Shown here in pieces: positions 15,196 to 25,167 of a stretch of 45,644 nt of DNA; the stretch's first letter is position 1; every line of letters starts with the position of its first letter. The position numbers were made by a program, and so were the translations under genes. Below the pieces are notes generated by a model. It searched no databases. It saw only the letters and a program-made list of their open reading frames with translations, and had not been told where the DNA came from. The stretch lies in IMG/VR virus record IMGVR_UViG_3300045988_113672; one strand, 5' to 3'. This DNA is from a virus.

Positions 15196-16599
15196 ATGAT
15201 AGTGATCAGCTATAAGCCGACACCCAAGCAGGCGGCCTTCCATGCTACGTGTGCAAATGAGGTTCTATATGGCGGCGCGGCCGGCGGGGGCAAAACGAAG
15301 GCTTTAATCATGGATGCGCTGTTCAGGACGCTGAAATATCCGGGCACAACGGCGGTGGTGTTCAGACGGACGTTCGCTGAACTGGAGGATACCGATATCA
15401 AGGAGGCCATGTCCAGCTATCCTGAATCGATTGCCAAGTATAACGCTGGGCGGCATGAATTTAAGCTCGTCAACGGAAGCAAGATCCTGTTCAGGCATTG
15501 CGAGCACGAGGAGGACAGGTTCCGGTACAGCGGTATTGAGATCCAGTTCCTATACTTCGACGAATTGACCAGCTTTGAACAGACGATCTATGACTTCATA
15601 AAAACCCGCCTGCGCGCCAAGAAGTCCTTGGGCGTGGTGCCGATTGTCCGCTCTGCCAGCAACCCCGGCAACATCGGGCACGGCTGGGTGAAAAAGATGT
15701 TTGTGGACGCTGGGCCGTACATGAGCATACAGGAACAGCGGATTTACAGCGATGCGCTGCACAAGGAAAAGGTGATCCGCACGCAGTACATCCCGGCGCT
15801 GGCCACGGAGAACCCGTTTATCACGGAGGATTATATCTTCCAGCTTGAATCCAAGCCAAAGGCGCTGCGTGACGCGCTGCTCAACGGCGACTGGGACAGC
15901 TTCGAGGGGCAGGTATTCGTGGAGTTCCGCAACGACCCTGCGCACTACAAGGATCGGCTGTGGACGCACGTTATTGAACCCTTTGACATTCCACTGTGGT
16001 GGCCGAGGTTCTTTTCCTTCGACCATGGCTACAGCAAGCCGTTTTCCTGCCAGTGGTGGGCGGTTGATGATGTGGGCCGCGCCTACCTGTACAAGGAATG
16101 GTACGGATGCAGACCCAAGCAGGCGAACGTCGGCATTGAGCTGACCCCGCGCCAGATTGCGGAGGGCATTGTTCAGCGCGAACAGGAAGAAACGCAAAAC
16201 AACCTGCGCATTGAGCGGATATGCGATCCGGCGTGCTTTGACCGGAGCCGAGGCGACAGCGTGGCTGACCAGATGCGCCCCGGCGCATGGGGGCCTGGCG
16301 TGATCTTCCGTCCGGGCGACAATACGCGCCTGGCTGGCAAGATGCAGGTACATGAACGGATGCGGTTTGACAAGGACGGCAGGCCGATGATGTATGTATT
16401 TAGCACCTGCGCCGATTGGTTGAGAACAGTTCCGAATTTGCCATACAGTCAAACGAAAATGGAAGACGTGGATACCCGTGCTGAAGACCACGAATACGAC
16501 AGCATGCGGTATTTTTTTATGTCCAGACCGCTGGCTGCGACCAAGTGCAAGCCGCCTAAGCCCAAGACGTGGGATCCCTATAGGAGAGACGAAGAATGA
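15196..16599 (+). CDS. terL: terminase large subunit
   Basis: Walker A is YGGAAGGGKTKA and Walker B is FLYFDELT, followed by a C-terminal nuclease-type region. ATG 15196 follows GGAGGG. Confidence 0.9.
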   Translation: MIVISYKPTPKQAAFHATCANEVLYGGAAGGGKTKALIMDALFRTLKYPGTTAVVFRRTFAELEDTDIKEAMSSYPESIAKYNAGRHEFKLVNGSKILFRHCEHEEDRFRYSGIEIQFLYFDELTSFEQTIYDFIKTRLRAKKSLGVVPIVRSASNPGNIGHGWVKKMFVDAGPYMSIQEQRIYSDALHKEKVIRTQYIPALATENPFITEDYIFQLESKPKALRDALLNGDWDSFEGQVFVEFRNDPAHYKDRLWTHVIEPFDIPLWWPRFFSFDHGYSKPFSCQWWAVDDVGRAYLYKEWYGCRPKQANVGIELTPRQIAEGIVQREQEETQNNLRIERICDPACFDRSRGDSVADQMRPGAWGPGVIFRPGDNTRLAGKMQVHERMRFDKDGRPMMYVFSTCADWLRTVPNLPYSQTKMEDVDTRAEDHEYDSMRYFFMSRPLAATKCKPPKPKTWDPYRRDEE

Positions 16600-18422
16600 A
16601 AGAAAAACTGAGCGCGGCGGCCATTGGCCAGCAGCCGCTTGACGAAAAGGAACGGGCGCTCCTGACCGAGATATACAACCGGCTGGAAGTGTTTGAACAG
16701 GGCTGTCGGCCATACCATGAAGCCGCCCGCGAGGCGCGCGAAATCCTGCGCATGCGCGACCCCAGGCAGGATGACGGCGAGAATGCAGGGAAACCGACGC
16801 TTCAGCTGCAAACGCTCAAGAGCACGTTTAACAACGTCGTTGCTGAGCAGATGCAGAACATGCCGGAAGCCCGTATCCTGCCTGAAACGCCCGAGCAATC
16901 CAACATGGCCGAGGATTTGCAGGACGCTGTGCGGTTTATCGTCTACGATGTGAACAACTACGAAACCATACACCGCCGTATTGCAGAGGACATATACGGC
17001 CCTGGTACGGCTGTTATTCAGACGGTATGGGATCCATCCATGAACTATGGAAAGGGCGATATCGCCATTATACGCTGGCCGATTGAAGCCTTTCTGTGGG
17101 ACACCAAGGCCGAGTATTTGCAGGACAGCCGCGCGTGCATCAAGGTAAGCTGGCATCCGCTGAGCTGGTACGAGGCGCACTACCCGGACAAGGCTCCATA
17201 CGTCAACGCTGAGGACGGCCAGCACAACGAGGTGGGTATGCCCGAAAGCCAGAAGGATATGCTGGGCGAGGACGAAGGCCGGGCAATGCTGCTGGAATAC
17301 TGGTACAGGGAATACAACGCGAAATCCCACCGGTATACCATCAACGTGGCCTACTGTGCGGGCGGCGCGCTGCTGGAAAACCATAAGGATGTTTACTGGC
17401 ACGGCATGTATCCCTTTGACCTGGACGTGCACTCGACCGTCGAGGGCAGCATGGTCGGCGAGGGCATGGTGACGGAGCTTGCGCCCATGATGCGCTACAT
17501 CAACCGTTACGCCCGGTACATCGACACGAACCTGCGCATGTCCAGCAAGGGCCGTATCCTGACGCGGCGGGGAAGCGGTATTGACCGTGAAGCTCTGGCT
17601 GACTGGTCGAAGGATATGGTGGAAGGCGACAGCATTGAAAATGGCAGCGATTGGGCCTGGATGCAGCACGCGCCGTTGAACGGCATGATCGTTCAGCAGA
17701 TGCTCCAATATCAAAACGATATGAAGCAGGACAGCGGCGCGAACCAGTTTACCCGCGGCGAGACCATGAACGGCATCACCTCCGGCAAGGCCATTGCCTC
17801 CCTGCAGGCTGCCGGCGGCAAGATCACCTCCCTGCGCACGGCGACGCTGAATAACGGCTTCAGAGAGATGGTGAAGAAGATCATCTGGCTGATGTCCGAG
17901 TATTACGACGACGACCGCATGCTGCTGATTACGGGCCGTGACGGGCAGAGCCGACAGATCAACGTGCATAGCCTGTTTGGCCATCGCGGCAAGGGCGCGG
18001 TTGAGCCGCCTCCGTACATGGTGCAGATTGAGATCAACCAGAAGAACCCCGTGCGCATCGAGGCCATGAACGAGATGTACATGCAGGCGTACACCATGGC
18101 CGCGCAGGCGCAGCAGTTCTTCCCGCTATCGTCGCTGTTTGAAATGCTCAATATTGACGGCAAGGATCGGCTGCTGCCGGTTATCCGTCAGAACGAGCAG
18201 TGGCAGCAGCAGATGCAGCAGATGCAGCAGCAGAACGTGCAGATGCAGCAGGAAATCGAGAGCTTGCAGCAGGAGCGCGACGGCCTGCGCACGGCGACCA
18301 CGCAGATGAGCAATGCCCTGGCTGGCATGTCTGCCGGACAGCAAGGCGCAACGCCAGCCACGCCAGCCACGCCAGCTACGCCGTCTATCCCGGCAACACC
18401 CGCTGAGGTAGTGACAATTTAA
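16596..18422 (+). CDS. portal protein
   Basis: It is 608 aa and lies directly after terL with an ATGA overlap. The C-terminus is Q-rich with an ATPATPATPATP tail. Confidence 0.8.
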   Translation: MKEKLSAAAIGQQPLDEKERALLTEIYNRLEVFEQGCRPYHEAAREAREILRMRDPRQDDGENAGKPTLQLQTLKSTFNNVVAEQMQNMPEARILPETPEQSNMAEDLQDAVRFIVYDVNNYETIHRRIAEDIYGPGTAVIQTVWDPSMNYGKGDIAIIRWPIEAFLWDTKAEYLQDSRACIKVSWHPLSWYEAHYPDKAPYVNAEDGQHNEVGMPESQKDMLGEDEGRAMLLEYWYREYNAKSHRYTINVAYCAGGALLENHKDVYWHGMYPFDLDVHSTVEGSMVGEGMVTELAPMMRYINRYARYIDTNLRMSSKGRILTRRGSGIDREALADWSKDMVEGDSIENGSDWAWMQHAPLNGMIVQQMLQYQNDMKQDSGANQFTRGETMNGITSGKAIASLQAAGGKITSLRTATLNNGFREMVKKIIWLMSEYYDDDRMLLITGRDGQSRQINVHSLFGHRGKGAVEPPPYMVQIEINQKNPVRIEAMNEMYMQAYTMAAQAQQFFPLSSLFEMLNIDGKDRLLPVIRQNEQWQQQMQQMQQQNVQMQQEIESLQQERDGLRTATTQMSNALAGMSAGQQGATPATPATPATPSIPATPAEVVTI

Positions 18423-18431
18423 CAGCAGAAA

Positions 18432-18460
18432 GGCACGCCTTGGAAACGGGGCGTGTTTTT
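18432..18460 (+). terminator. intrinsic terminator-like hairpin after the portal gene
   Basis: CACGCC...GGCGTG followed by TTTTT. Confidence 0.5.
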
Positions 18461-18517
18461 CATAGATTCGCCAGTCCGCGTTTTCGCGGCTGAGCGCCCG
18501 AAAAGGAGACTTAATCC

Positions 18518-19270
18518 ATGGATGAAAACAAAGCGGTCGAAACGATGCTTGCGGCTGGCGTGCAGGACGACGCTGCACAGGCCGACGTAGGCGAACCCAT
18601 CTCCGAGCTTTTGAACGAGCAGCCCGCCGCTGAACAGCAGCAGCAGGAGGCCACGCCTCAGAAGGAACCGGGATGGATCAAGCAGCGCATTGGCAAGGCG
18701 GTTGAAAAGGCGGTGGCGGAGGCTGAAGCGCGCGTAACTGCGCAGTACGAAGCGATGCTGGCCCCCATCCGTGAAAGCGTGCTGGACAGACAGGCCGAGG
18801 ACCTGGTGAAGTCCGGCGAGTTTAAGAGCCTGGAGACTGCCAAGGAATATGTGCGCTTGAAGGGCGGCGTTGTGTCTGCGCCCGCCGCCGAGCCTGATCA
18901 GCAGAAGCACACCGTGCAGCAGCGTGATGAGCAGGGCAGATTTGTATCGAATAACGACGCCATGACGCATGCGCGCGCCGATCTGCTGGCGAAACAGGCG
19001 CAGAAGATCAAAGACCGGCGCGGCCTGGATGTGATGCAGGCAATCAACGCCGACGAAGACATGAAACACCGCGTGCTGAGCGGCGAGTGGGATTTTTACG
19101 ATGTGGCCGAGAGCATGGCCTCTCCGCAGCATAACGCCCCCGTGCCGGTACGCACCTCCAACGGCGGCACCAGCTCCAGCGCTGTATCGATCAGCGGCAT
19201 GACCGACGATCAATTCAGGCGCTTACAGGCCAATCTTGCCAACGGGAGGATTTACGACATGAGAAAGTGA
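18518..19270 (+). CDS. scaffolding protein (putative)
   Basis: It lies between portal and capsid. It is acidic, helical and coiled-coil-like, and no protease motifs are apparent. Confidence 0.55.
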   Translation: MDENKAVETMLAAGVQDDAAQADVGEPISELLNEQPAAEQQQQEATPQKEPGWIKQRIGKAVEKAVAEAEARVTAQYEAMLAPIRESVLDRQAEDLVKSGEFKSLETAKEYVRLKGGVVSAPAAEPDQQKHTVQQRDEQGRFVSNNDAMTHARADLLAKQAQKIKDRRGLDVMQAINADEDMKHRVLSGEWDFYDVAESMASPQHNAPVPVRTSNGGTSSSAVSISGMTDDQFRRLQANLANGRIYDMRK

Positions 19271-19281
19271 GGATCATTTGA

Positions 19282-20511
19282 ATGGCTGTTTTTGATAACC
19301 TGAATAAATCCTATTCCCCCGGCGTAGCGCCGTCCGTAGTTGAATACTATGAGCGCTCGCTGCTGGAAAACATGAAGCCCGAAATGGTGCACAACCGCGA
19401 CGCGCAGAGGCGCACGCTGCCTGAGCACAACGGCAAGACCGTGAAGTTCCGTCGCTTCACCCCCTTTGCGGCGATCACCGAGCCCCTGGCCGAGGGCGTA
19501 ACCCCCGCTGGCCAGACCCTGACTGAAACCGCCTTTACGGCGATGGTTAAGCCCTACGGCGGACACGTCGAGCTGACCGACGAAATCAACTTCTACTTGC
19601 TGGACAACATGCACCAGGAGACCGCCAAACTGCTGGGCGACCAGGCCGCGCTGTCTCTGGACACCATCAGCCGCAATGCGCTCAACGCCGGCATGAACGT
19701 ACAGTATGCCAACGGCAAGACTTCCCGCGGCGCGCTGTCTGCTACCGACAAGCTGACCTTTGCCGAGATCAAGACGGCTGTACGCAACCTGAAGCGCAAG
19801 AATGTCAAGCCCTTTGCTGACGGCTTCTATCATGCCATTGTGCATCCTGACGTTGTGCACGACCTGACCGCCGATACCATGTGGGTGGACGTTGCCAAGT
19901 ATCAGGACAAGGTAAAGACCGAGCGCTACGAGCTGGGCACCATCTACAAGGTGAAGTTTTTTGAATCCACCAACGCAATGGTGTTTAAGGCGCAGACCTA
20001 CATCTACGGTACCAAGGCGTCCCTGACCGCGACCGCGTTTGACGCTGCCACCAAGTGCATGACTGTATCCGATTCCATCAGCGAGGACGATGCGCGCGCC
20101 ATGACCGGCCTGCTGGTGAACGTGCAGATCACCAAGTCGAGCGTTGACAGCGTAACGCCCATGTGCATTGAGCGCGTGGACGCGACCAACAAGAAGGTTT
20201 ACTTCCGCTGGGTTCCCGCCAGCACGACCGACTGGACGACCGCCAACGCCCTGAAGGTTGTTCCCTACGGCGGAGGCGCCTCCGGTGCGGAGGTCTACTC
20301 CACCCTGATCTACGGCGAGAACGCCTTCGGCACCATCGAGCTGGGCGGCACTGGCCGGAACGTGCAGATCATCATCAACGCGCCCGGTTCCTCCGGCGCT
20401 CTGGATCCCCTGGCCCAGCGCGGCACCATCGCCTGGAAGGTCAAGGGCTTCTGCACGGTCATTCTTCAGGACGACTTCATCGTGCGTCTCGAATCCGGCG
20501 CGACGGCCTAA
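19282..20511 (+). CDS. major capsid protein (N4-gp56-like/HK97-fold family)
   Basis: GKTVKFRRFTPFAAITEPLAEGVTPAGQTL...YGGHVELTDEI...LGDQAALSLDTISRNAL resembles that family. Confidence 0.8.
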   Translation: MAVFDNLNKSYSPGVAPSVVEYYERSLLENMKPEMVHNRDAQRRTLPEHNGKTVKFRRFTPFAAITEPLAEGVTPAGQTLTETAFTAMVKPYGGHVELTDEINFYLLDNMHQETAKLLGDQAALSLDTISRNALNAGMNVQYANGKTSRGALSATDKLTFAEIKTAVRNLKRKNVKPFADGFYHAIVHPDVVHDLTADTMWVDVAKYQDKVKTERYELGTIYKVKFFESTNAMVFKAQTYIYGTKASLTATAFDAATKCMTVSDSISEDDARAMTGLLVNVQITKSSVDSVTPMCIERVDATNKKVYFRWVPASTTDWTTANALKVVPYGGGASGAEVYSTLIYGENAFGTIELGGTGRNVQIIINAPGSSGALDPLAQRGTIAWKVKGFCTVILQDDFIVRLESGATA

Positions 20512-20525
20512 CAACGGATGAAACA

Positions 20526-20562
20526 CGGAGGCAGGGCAGTCCTGCTTCCGCGTTTCTTTTTT
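20526..20562 (+). terminator. intrinsic terminator after the capsid gene
   Basis: A 10-bp stem CGGAGGCAGG/CCTGCTTCCG is followed by CGTTTCTTTTTT. Confidence 0.7.
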
Positions 20563-20579
20563 GGGAAGGAGATTTTATC

Positions 20580-20816
20580 ATGGCTAAGAAAGTTGACACA
20601 CTGACGGTTGAAACCCCTGTGCAGGAGACCGTGGCGAATGAACCCCGCGTGCGCGTATATCTGCCCCTGCTGGAAAGCGAGGGCGCGGGCGTGCATATTG
20701 ACCAGTACGAGCACGTGACGGTCAACGGTGAAACCACGCTGGTGCGCCGCGGCGAATATGTGGACGTGACGGTTCCTGTATTCATCCAGCTCAAAAACAA
20801 ATTCCCCCACCTGTAA
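20580..20816 (+). CDS. hypothetical head-associated protein
   Basis: Strong RBS GGAAGGAG; assignment rests on its position after the capsid gene. Confidence 0.45.
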   Translation: MAKKVDTLTVETPVQETVANEPRVRVYLPLLESEGAGVHIDQYEHVTVNGETTLVRRGEYVDVTVPVFIQLKNKFPHL

Positions 20817-20834
20817 TGCGAAGGAGGCGGCGGC

Positions 20835-21200
20835 ATGACGGTTGGTGAGATCAAAAACACGGTGATGTTCCAGACCAACAACGACAGCGACGATCTGGAA
20901 GATTTCTTGCCGTATCTGATGGACTATATCAATGACGGCTATGACCGTCTGGTATATGCCTACACGAAAAAGCACGCATCGCCCATGCTGCACGCCGACA
21001 CGGAAACGCCCGACCTGCCGGAGTGGGCGCATCCAGCGCTGGCTGACTGGGCGACGTGGCTTGTTTACAGGAACGGGAACCCGCAGAAGCAGCAGCGCGG
21101 ATACGCATTTAGAAGCTCCTTTGAGGAAATCCGCACGAAGCTTGTCGAAAACAGTGCGGATGGCTCCCGTGTAGAACACTTTATCAACCTGCCGAGGTGA
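20835..21200 (+). CDS. putative head-tail adaptor/head completion protein
   Basis: Based on position and size only. Confidence 0.3.
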   Translation: MTVGEIKNTVMFQTNNDSDDLEDFLPYLMDYINDGYDRLVYAYTKKHASPMLHADTETPDLPEWAHPALADWATWLVYRNGNPQKQQRGYAFRSSFEEIRTKLVENSADGSRVEHFINLPR

Positions 21201-21206
21201 TAGGAT

Positions 21207-22721
21207 ATGGCCAGCTATAACAGTATTGGAACGTACAGCGCCGTATCTGCCTATCCATCGTTTAAGGGCTTGATGCAATATGGGGACGGTATCAACACCG
21301 ACCCGCGCTATGCGGTTGACGCAGTAAACGTGGAGACGGTGGGCGGCGTTTTGCAGCCTGCCGCTGCCTGCGTTTTACTTGCGCCGAAGCTGGCACAGCC
21401 GATCAAGACGCTGGCGCGCCTGTACCGCAGATGGTACACGGGGACGGATAACCGGGAAGTGCTGGTTGCTGCGAGCGGCGGGAAGCTATATTACATGCTG
21501 CCCGGCGCATCGTCCTGGACGCAGCTTGCGTTTCCAACTGGCGTAACGGCCTATCAGAGCGATGTATGGAGCTGGGCAGCCTACGAGATCAACCCCGAGG
21601 GCAGCGAAGCCAGCGTGGACGTGCTGCTGCTGTCCAACGCCCTGGACGGCATGGTGATGGTGCGCGGCGACAACCTGACAGTGAGCGTGGTATCGACTCC
21701 TAAAAAGTTTGGCGTTATCGCACGATACGCAGAACGCATTTGGGGCGGCGCAATCACCGAAGACCCGGATATGCTGGTGTACTCAGCGCCATACGATCCT
21801 ACCGACTGGGCGGCGAACGTGGAAATTCCCGAGGACGGCGCGGGCGACATCAACCAGCCGAGCTGGGACGGAGACAGCTTCACGGCGCTGCACGCCTTTG
21901 GCAGTCAGCTGATCGCATTTAAGAAAACGCGCGTATGGCGCATCCTGGGCACTGACCCTGGCGAATACACCTTCAAGGAGCAGTACGGCGGCGGCGCTCC
22001 CTTTGCCGGAACAATCGCTGTGGATGTGGAACGCATCCTGATGCTTACGCGGCAGGGCGTGCAGGCATATGACGGCCTGGCTGTCAGCGCCTATCAGCAG
22101 GAGTATTGCAAGGCCATATGGGAGCGGATGAACGCCGACGCGCTGGACGGTGCAAGCGCCGTATTTTGGCGCGGCAAATATTACTGCGCAATCCCGATGG
22201 ACGGCAGCGAAATCAACAACGCGGTGATCATCTACAACACCCTGGATGGCACATGGCTGCTGCGAAACGACGTGGCCGTAGAGCGCTTTCTTGGCACGCA
22301 GGAGACGCTTTACTTTACCAGTGCAACAACGCCTGGCCGCATATGGGAATGGCGCGAAAACAGCTGGGAGACCGGCTGCACGGCGGTTGATGGAGCGCGG
22401 TGGGTAACGCCGTGGAACGACCTGGGATACAAGCAATCCAATAAGGGCGGCTTTGAAGTGTATCTGCTTTGCGAGGCGCAGGGCGCGCCGGTGCAGCTGC
22501 GCGTGACGGTGCAGACGGAGAAGAAGGCCAAGACCAAGGTGTACACGGTGCAGCCCCTCAGCGCGCAGGAGATGGCAAACGGCAAGGAATACAGGCAGAA
22601 GCGCATGCACTTTGGCGGCGCTGGGCGCAGGTTCCGGCTGCTGATTGAATCGGCCCCGGCCTCTCCCCCCTGGCGGCTGTCTGGCGGTATCACGGTTGTA
22701 TCCGAGCTTGACCCGGATTAA
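21207..22721 (+). CDS. putative tail structural protein (504 aa)
   Basis: Based on its position in the late operon. No family was recognised by eye. Confidence 0.35.
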   Translation: MASYNSIGTYSAVSAYPSFKGLMQYGDGINTDPRYAVDAVNVETVGGVLQPAAACVLLAPKLAQPIKTLARLYRRWYTGTDNREVLVAASGGKLYYMLPGASSWTQLAFPTGVTAYQSDVWSWAAYEINPEGSEASVDVLLLSNALDGMVMVRGDNLTVSVVSTPKKFGVIARYAERIWGGAITEDPDMLVYSAPYDPTDWAANVEIPEDGAGDINQPSWDGDSFTALHAFGSQLIAFKKTRVWRILGTDPGEYTFKEQYGGGAPFAGTIAVDVERILMLTRQGVQAYDGLAVSAYQQEYCKAIWERMNADALDGASAVFWRGKYYCAIPMDGSEINNAVIIYNTLDGTWLLRNDVAVERFLGTQETLYFTSATTPGRIWEWRENSWETGCTAVDGARWVTPWNDLGYKQSNKGGFEVYLLCEAQGAPVQLRVTVQTEKKAKTKVYTVQPLSAQEMANGKEYRQKRMHFGGAGRRFRLLIESAPASPPWRLSGGITVVSELDPD

Positions 22722-22730
22722 GGAGGGCGC

Positions 22731-23786
22731 ATGGCGACAAAATACACGACCATACAGCAGCATGAGCCGCTGCGTGTGCCCAGCGGATGGGGGCAGCAGG
22801 AGCGCGCTTTTATCGCGCAGCTGGAAGCGCTGTTTGACGATGTATACCGGCGCTTTAACCGCATCAGGATGCGCGACCTGTCCGAACCGCTGCAGAGCAC
22901 CATCCAGGAAAGCGCTGACGGCGTGACGGAAGTAAAGACTTCAATTGTCCAGACGAATGCGCAGATTGCATTGAAGCTGGACAAGACGTCGCCTTCTGTC
23001 GGCGTTAGCAACTCCGCCATTCTGATCAACACGGACGGTATCCACCTAAACTCCGAGGGCAGTATCGACGTGGACGGCGGCACGGTCAATATTAAGTCTG
23101 GTTCTTCCCTGACCATGCAGGCGGTGACGGACGAGGACGCTACGATTAACGGCGGCATGATCTGGCACGCCAAAAATCTGGTGGTTTCGACCTCCGCGCC
23201 GACCAACCCCAAGCCCGGGCTGCTCTGGATAAAGCCTATCGCTGCTTCCTCTTATGCGGTCGCTGCGCTGTCTGATGATGTTTCTCCGCAGGCAGCAACC
23301 GAGACTGTTTACTATAACGGCACCTGGACGGGCGAGGCGCTGAGCAGTTCCGCCTTTGCATCGCCGGTCAACATCCCCTGCTATGGCGTGGCACAGGGCG
23401 CGGCTCCGTCCGGCAGCTACAGTTGTCAGTATACCGTCAAGGTGTATTTCTGGAAGTCTGCCGCGATTCACAGTGCAAACGCGCACGTTTATCTTTCCAA
23501 CACCGCGGGCGGCATGGACGTGGATTGCGGTTCACAGACGTTCACAGCGTCCGGCTGGTTTGAAAAGACTGTCACAAGCAATGTTTGGCTGGGCAATGGC
23601 GGTACGATCTTTATTACAGTGGTCAAGGATGAAGCTGATTTTGCTGTTTACAAGAACAAGCCTTTCAGCGTGAATGCTGCATTGACCGGTTATACGGAAA
23701 GCGGCGGCGGAACTGACCCTGATCCCGACCCGCCAACGCCTGTGTCCGGCTTTGTGCCATGCGACGTTTACTATTACGCAGGCTAA
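22731..23786 (+). CDS. putative tail fibre/tail-associated structural protein
   Basis: Based on position, a helical N-terminus and a beta-rich, S/T/G-rich C-terminus. Confidence 0.4.
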   Translation: MATKYTTIQQHEPLRVPSGWGQQERAFIAQLEALFDDVYRRFNRIRMRDLSEPLQSTIQESADGVTEVKTSIVQTNAQIALKLDKTSPSVGVSNSAILINTDGIHLNSEGSIDVDGGTVNIKSGSSLTMQAVTDEDATINGGMIWHAKNLVVSTSAPTNPKPGLLWIKPIAASSYAVAALSDDVSPQAATETVYYNGTWTGEALSSSAFASPVNIPCYGVAQGAAPSGSYSCQYTVKVYFWKSAAIHSANAHVYLSNTAGGMDVDCGSQTFTASGWFEKTVTSNVWLGNGGTIFITVVKDEADFAVYKNKPFSVNAALTGYTESGGGTDPDPDPPTPVSGFVPCDVYYYAG

Positions 23787-23799
23787 GGAGTAATGCAAT

Positions 23800-25155
23800 A
23801 TGATTACGATCAACGCAAAATTTTCGCAGGAAATGCAATCTCTTGGCCTGATTGGTCGCGTGGGAGAGAACGCCAGCAGGCAGATTGTATTTGACTGCTC
23901 CGAGGTGCTGACCGAGTTTTCCGGCGCATCCATCCTGTGCGTGCTGCGGCGCTCCAAGGATGAGATGCCCTACACGGCGGATGTGACCATGAGCGGGACG
24001 AACGCGACACTGACGCTGGCGGACACCGACCTTGCGGTTGCAGGATACCTCAGTATTGAGCTGCGCGCAGTCAAAAATGGCGTGGTGTACAAATCGTCCG
24101 TGTTTACGGGCACGGTGGCGCTATCCCTGTATGGCGACGCTGACAAGCCCGGCGAGGTGGTACGCGATGTTTTGGACAGGGTAGATGCTGCGCTCAACGC
24201 GGCAGAAGCGACGAAAAATCAGCTTGAATTGGCATTGGGCGATGTGACTACCGCTGTCGGCAGCGCAAACACGGCGGCGAACAATGCGCAGACCGTGGCC
24301 GATACTGTACAGACGAAGCTGGATAACGGCGATTTTGTTGGCGCAACTGGCTCTGCTGGCCCAACCGGCGCGGACGGCGTGTCGCCTACGGTGGCTGTAA
24401 GTAAAACGGGCAAGGTTGCTACCGTAACCATCACGGACAAGGACGGCGAACATACTTTCACGGTCAATGATGGCGCTGACGGTTTGGGCAGCGGTGACAT
24501 GATGAAGGCCACCTACGATTCAAACGGAAGCGGCATTGTGGACAACGCTGAAAAGCTGGAAGGGCACGCCGCGTCCTACTTTGCGCAGGCCACACACTCC
24601 CACGCAATTGCGGACGTGAACGGGCTGCAGGAGGAGCTTAACGGCAAGGGCGCGGGCGACATGAAAAAGAGCGTATACGACGCGGACGGCGACGGCGTGG
24701 TGGACAACGCCCAAAAGCTGGACGGCAAGACGGCGGCTCAGTTTGCGGCGGCGCAGCACAGCCATGACATGAGCCAGGTGAGCGGCCTGAGCAGCGCGCT
24801 GACGGGAAAAGCAGATGCTGTGCACAGCCATGAAATTGCGGATGTAAACGGACTTCAAGCGAAGCTGGACACAATCCCTGCTGCTTATACCCTGCCCAAA
24901 GCCACACGCACGTCCCTTGGCGGCGTTAAGATCATCGGCGCGCTTGAAGTAGATTCAACCGGCCAAGTGTGGATTCGAACGACAAACGAGAGCGCCAAGC
25001 GCGTCGGCATTGCATCATTCACCAATTCTGATGGCACAGAATACCTTGGCATTTATTGCGGCGACGGGATTGAGATCGACAGCGACGGCAAGCTGAAAAA
25101 TGCCTACTCCATGACCTATTCCAACGGCACGCTTGCTATCACCGGCCCGTCGTAA
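23800..25155 (+). CDS. tail fibre protein
   Basis: It has a collagen-like GATGSAGPTGADG stretch. It also has tandem modules of the form D.DG.G.VDNA.KL.G......A.HSH.....GL, which are common in phage fibres. Confidence 0.7.
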   Translation: MITINAKFSQEMQSLGLIGRVGENASRQIVFDCSEVLTEFSGASILCVLRRSKDEMPYTADVTMSGTNATLTLADTDLAVAGYLSIELRAVKNGVVYKSSVFTGTVALSLYGDADKPGEVVRDVLDRVDAALNAAEATKNQLELALGDVTTAVGSANTAANNAQTVADTVQTKLDNGDFVGATGSAGPTGADGVSPTVAVSKTGKVATVTITDKDGEHTFTVNDGADGLGSGDMMKATYDSNGSGIVDNAEKLEGHAASYFAQATHSHAIADVNGLQEELNGKGAGDMKKSVYDADGDGVVDNAQKLDGKTAAQFAAAQHSHDMSQVSGLSSALTGKADAVHSHEIADVNGLQAKLDTIPAAYTLPKATRTSLGGVKIIGALEVDSTGQVWIRTTNESAKRVGIASFTNSDGTEYLGIYCGDGIEIDSDGKLKNAYSMTYSNGTLAITGPS

Positions 25156-25167
25156 GGAGGGGATTCC

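Noticed and set aside
16578-17984. Long minus-strand ORFs opposite the late genes (for example 16578..17984, 19252..20526, 15550..16713, 21783..22763, 28519..29733 and 30550..32769).
   Set aside because: They mirror well-supported plus-strand genes (portal, capsid, terL, giant protein). They have R/A/G/P-rich low-complexity translations and no RBS. They are the expected stop-poor shadow frames of a GC-rich genome.
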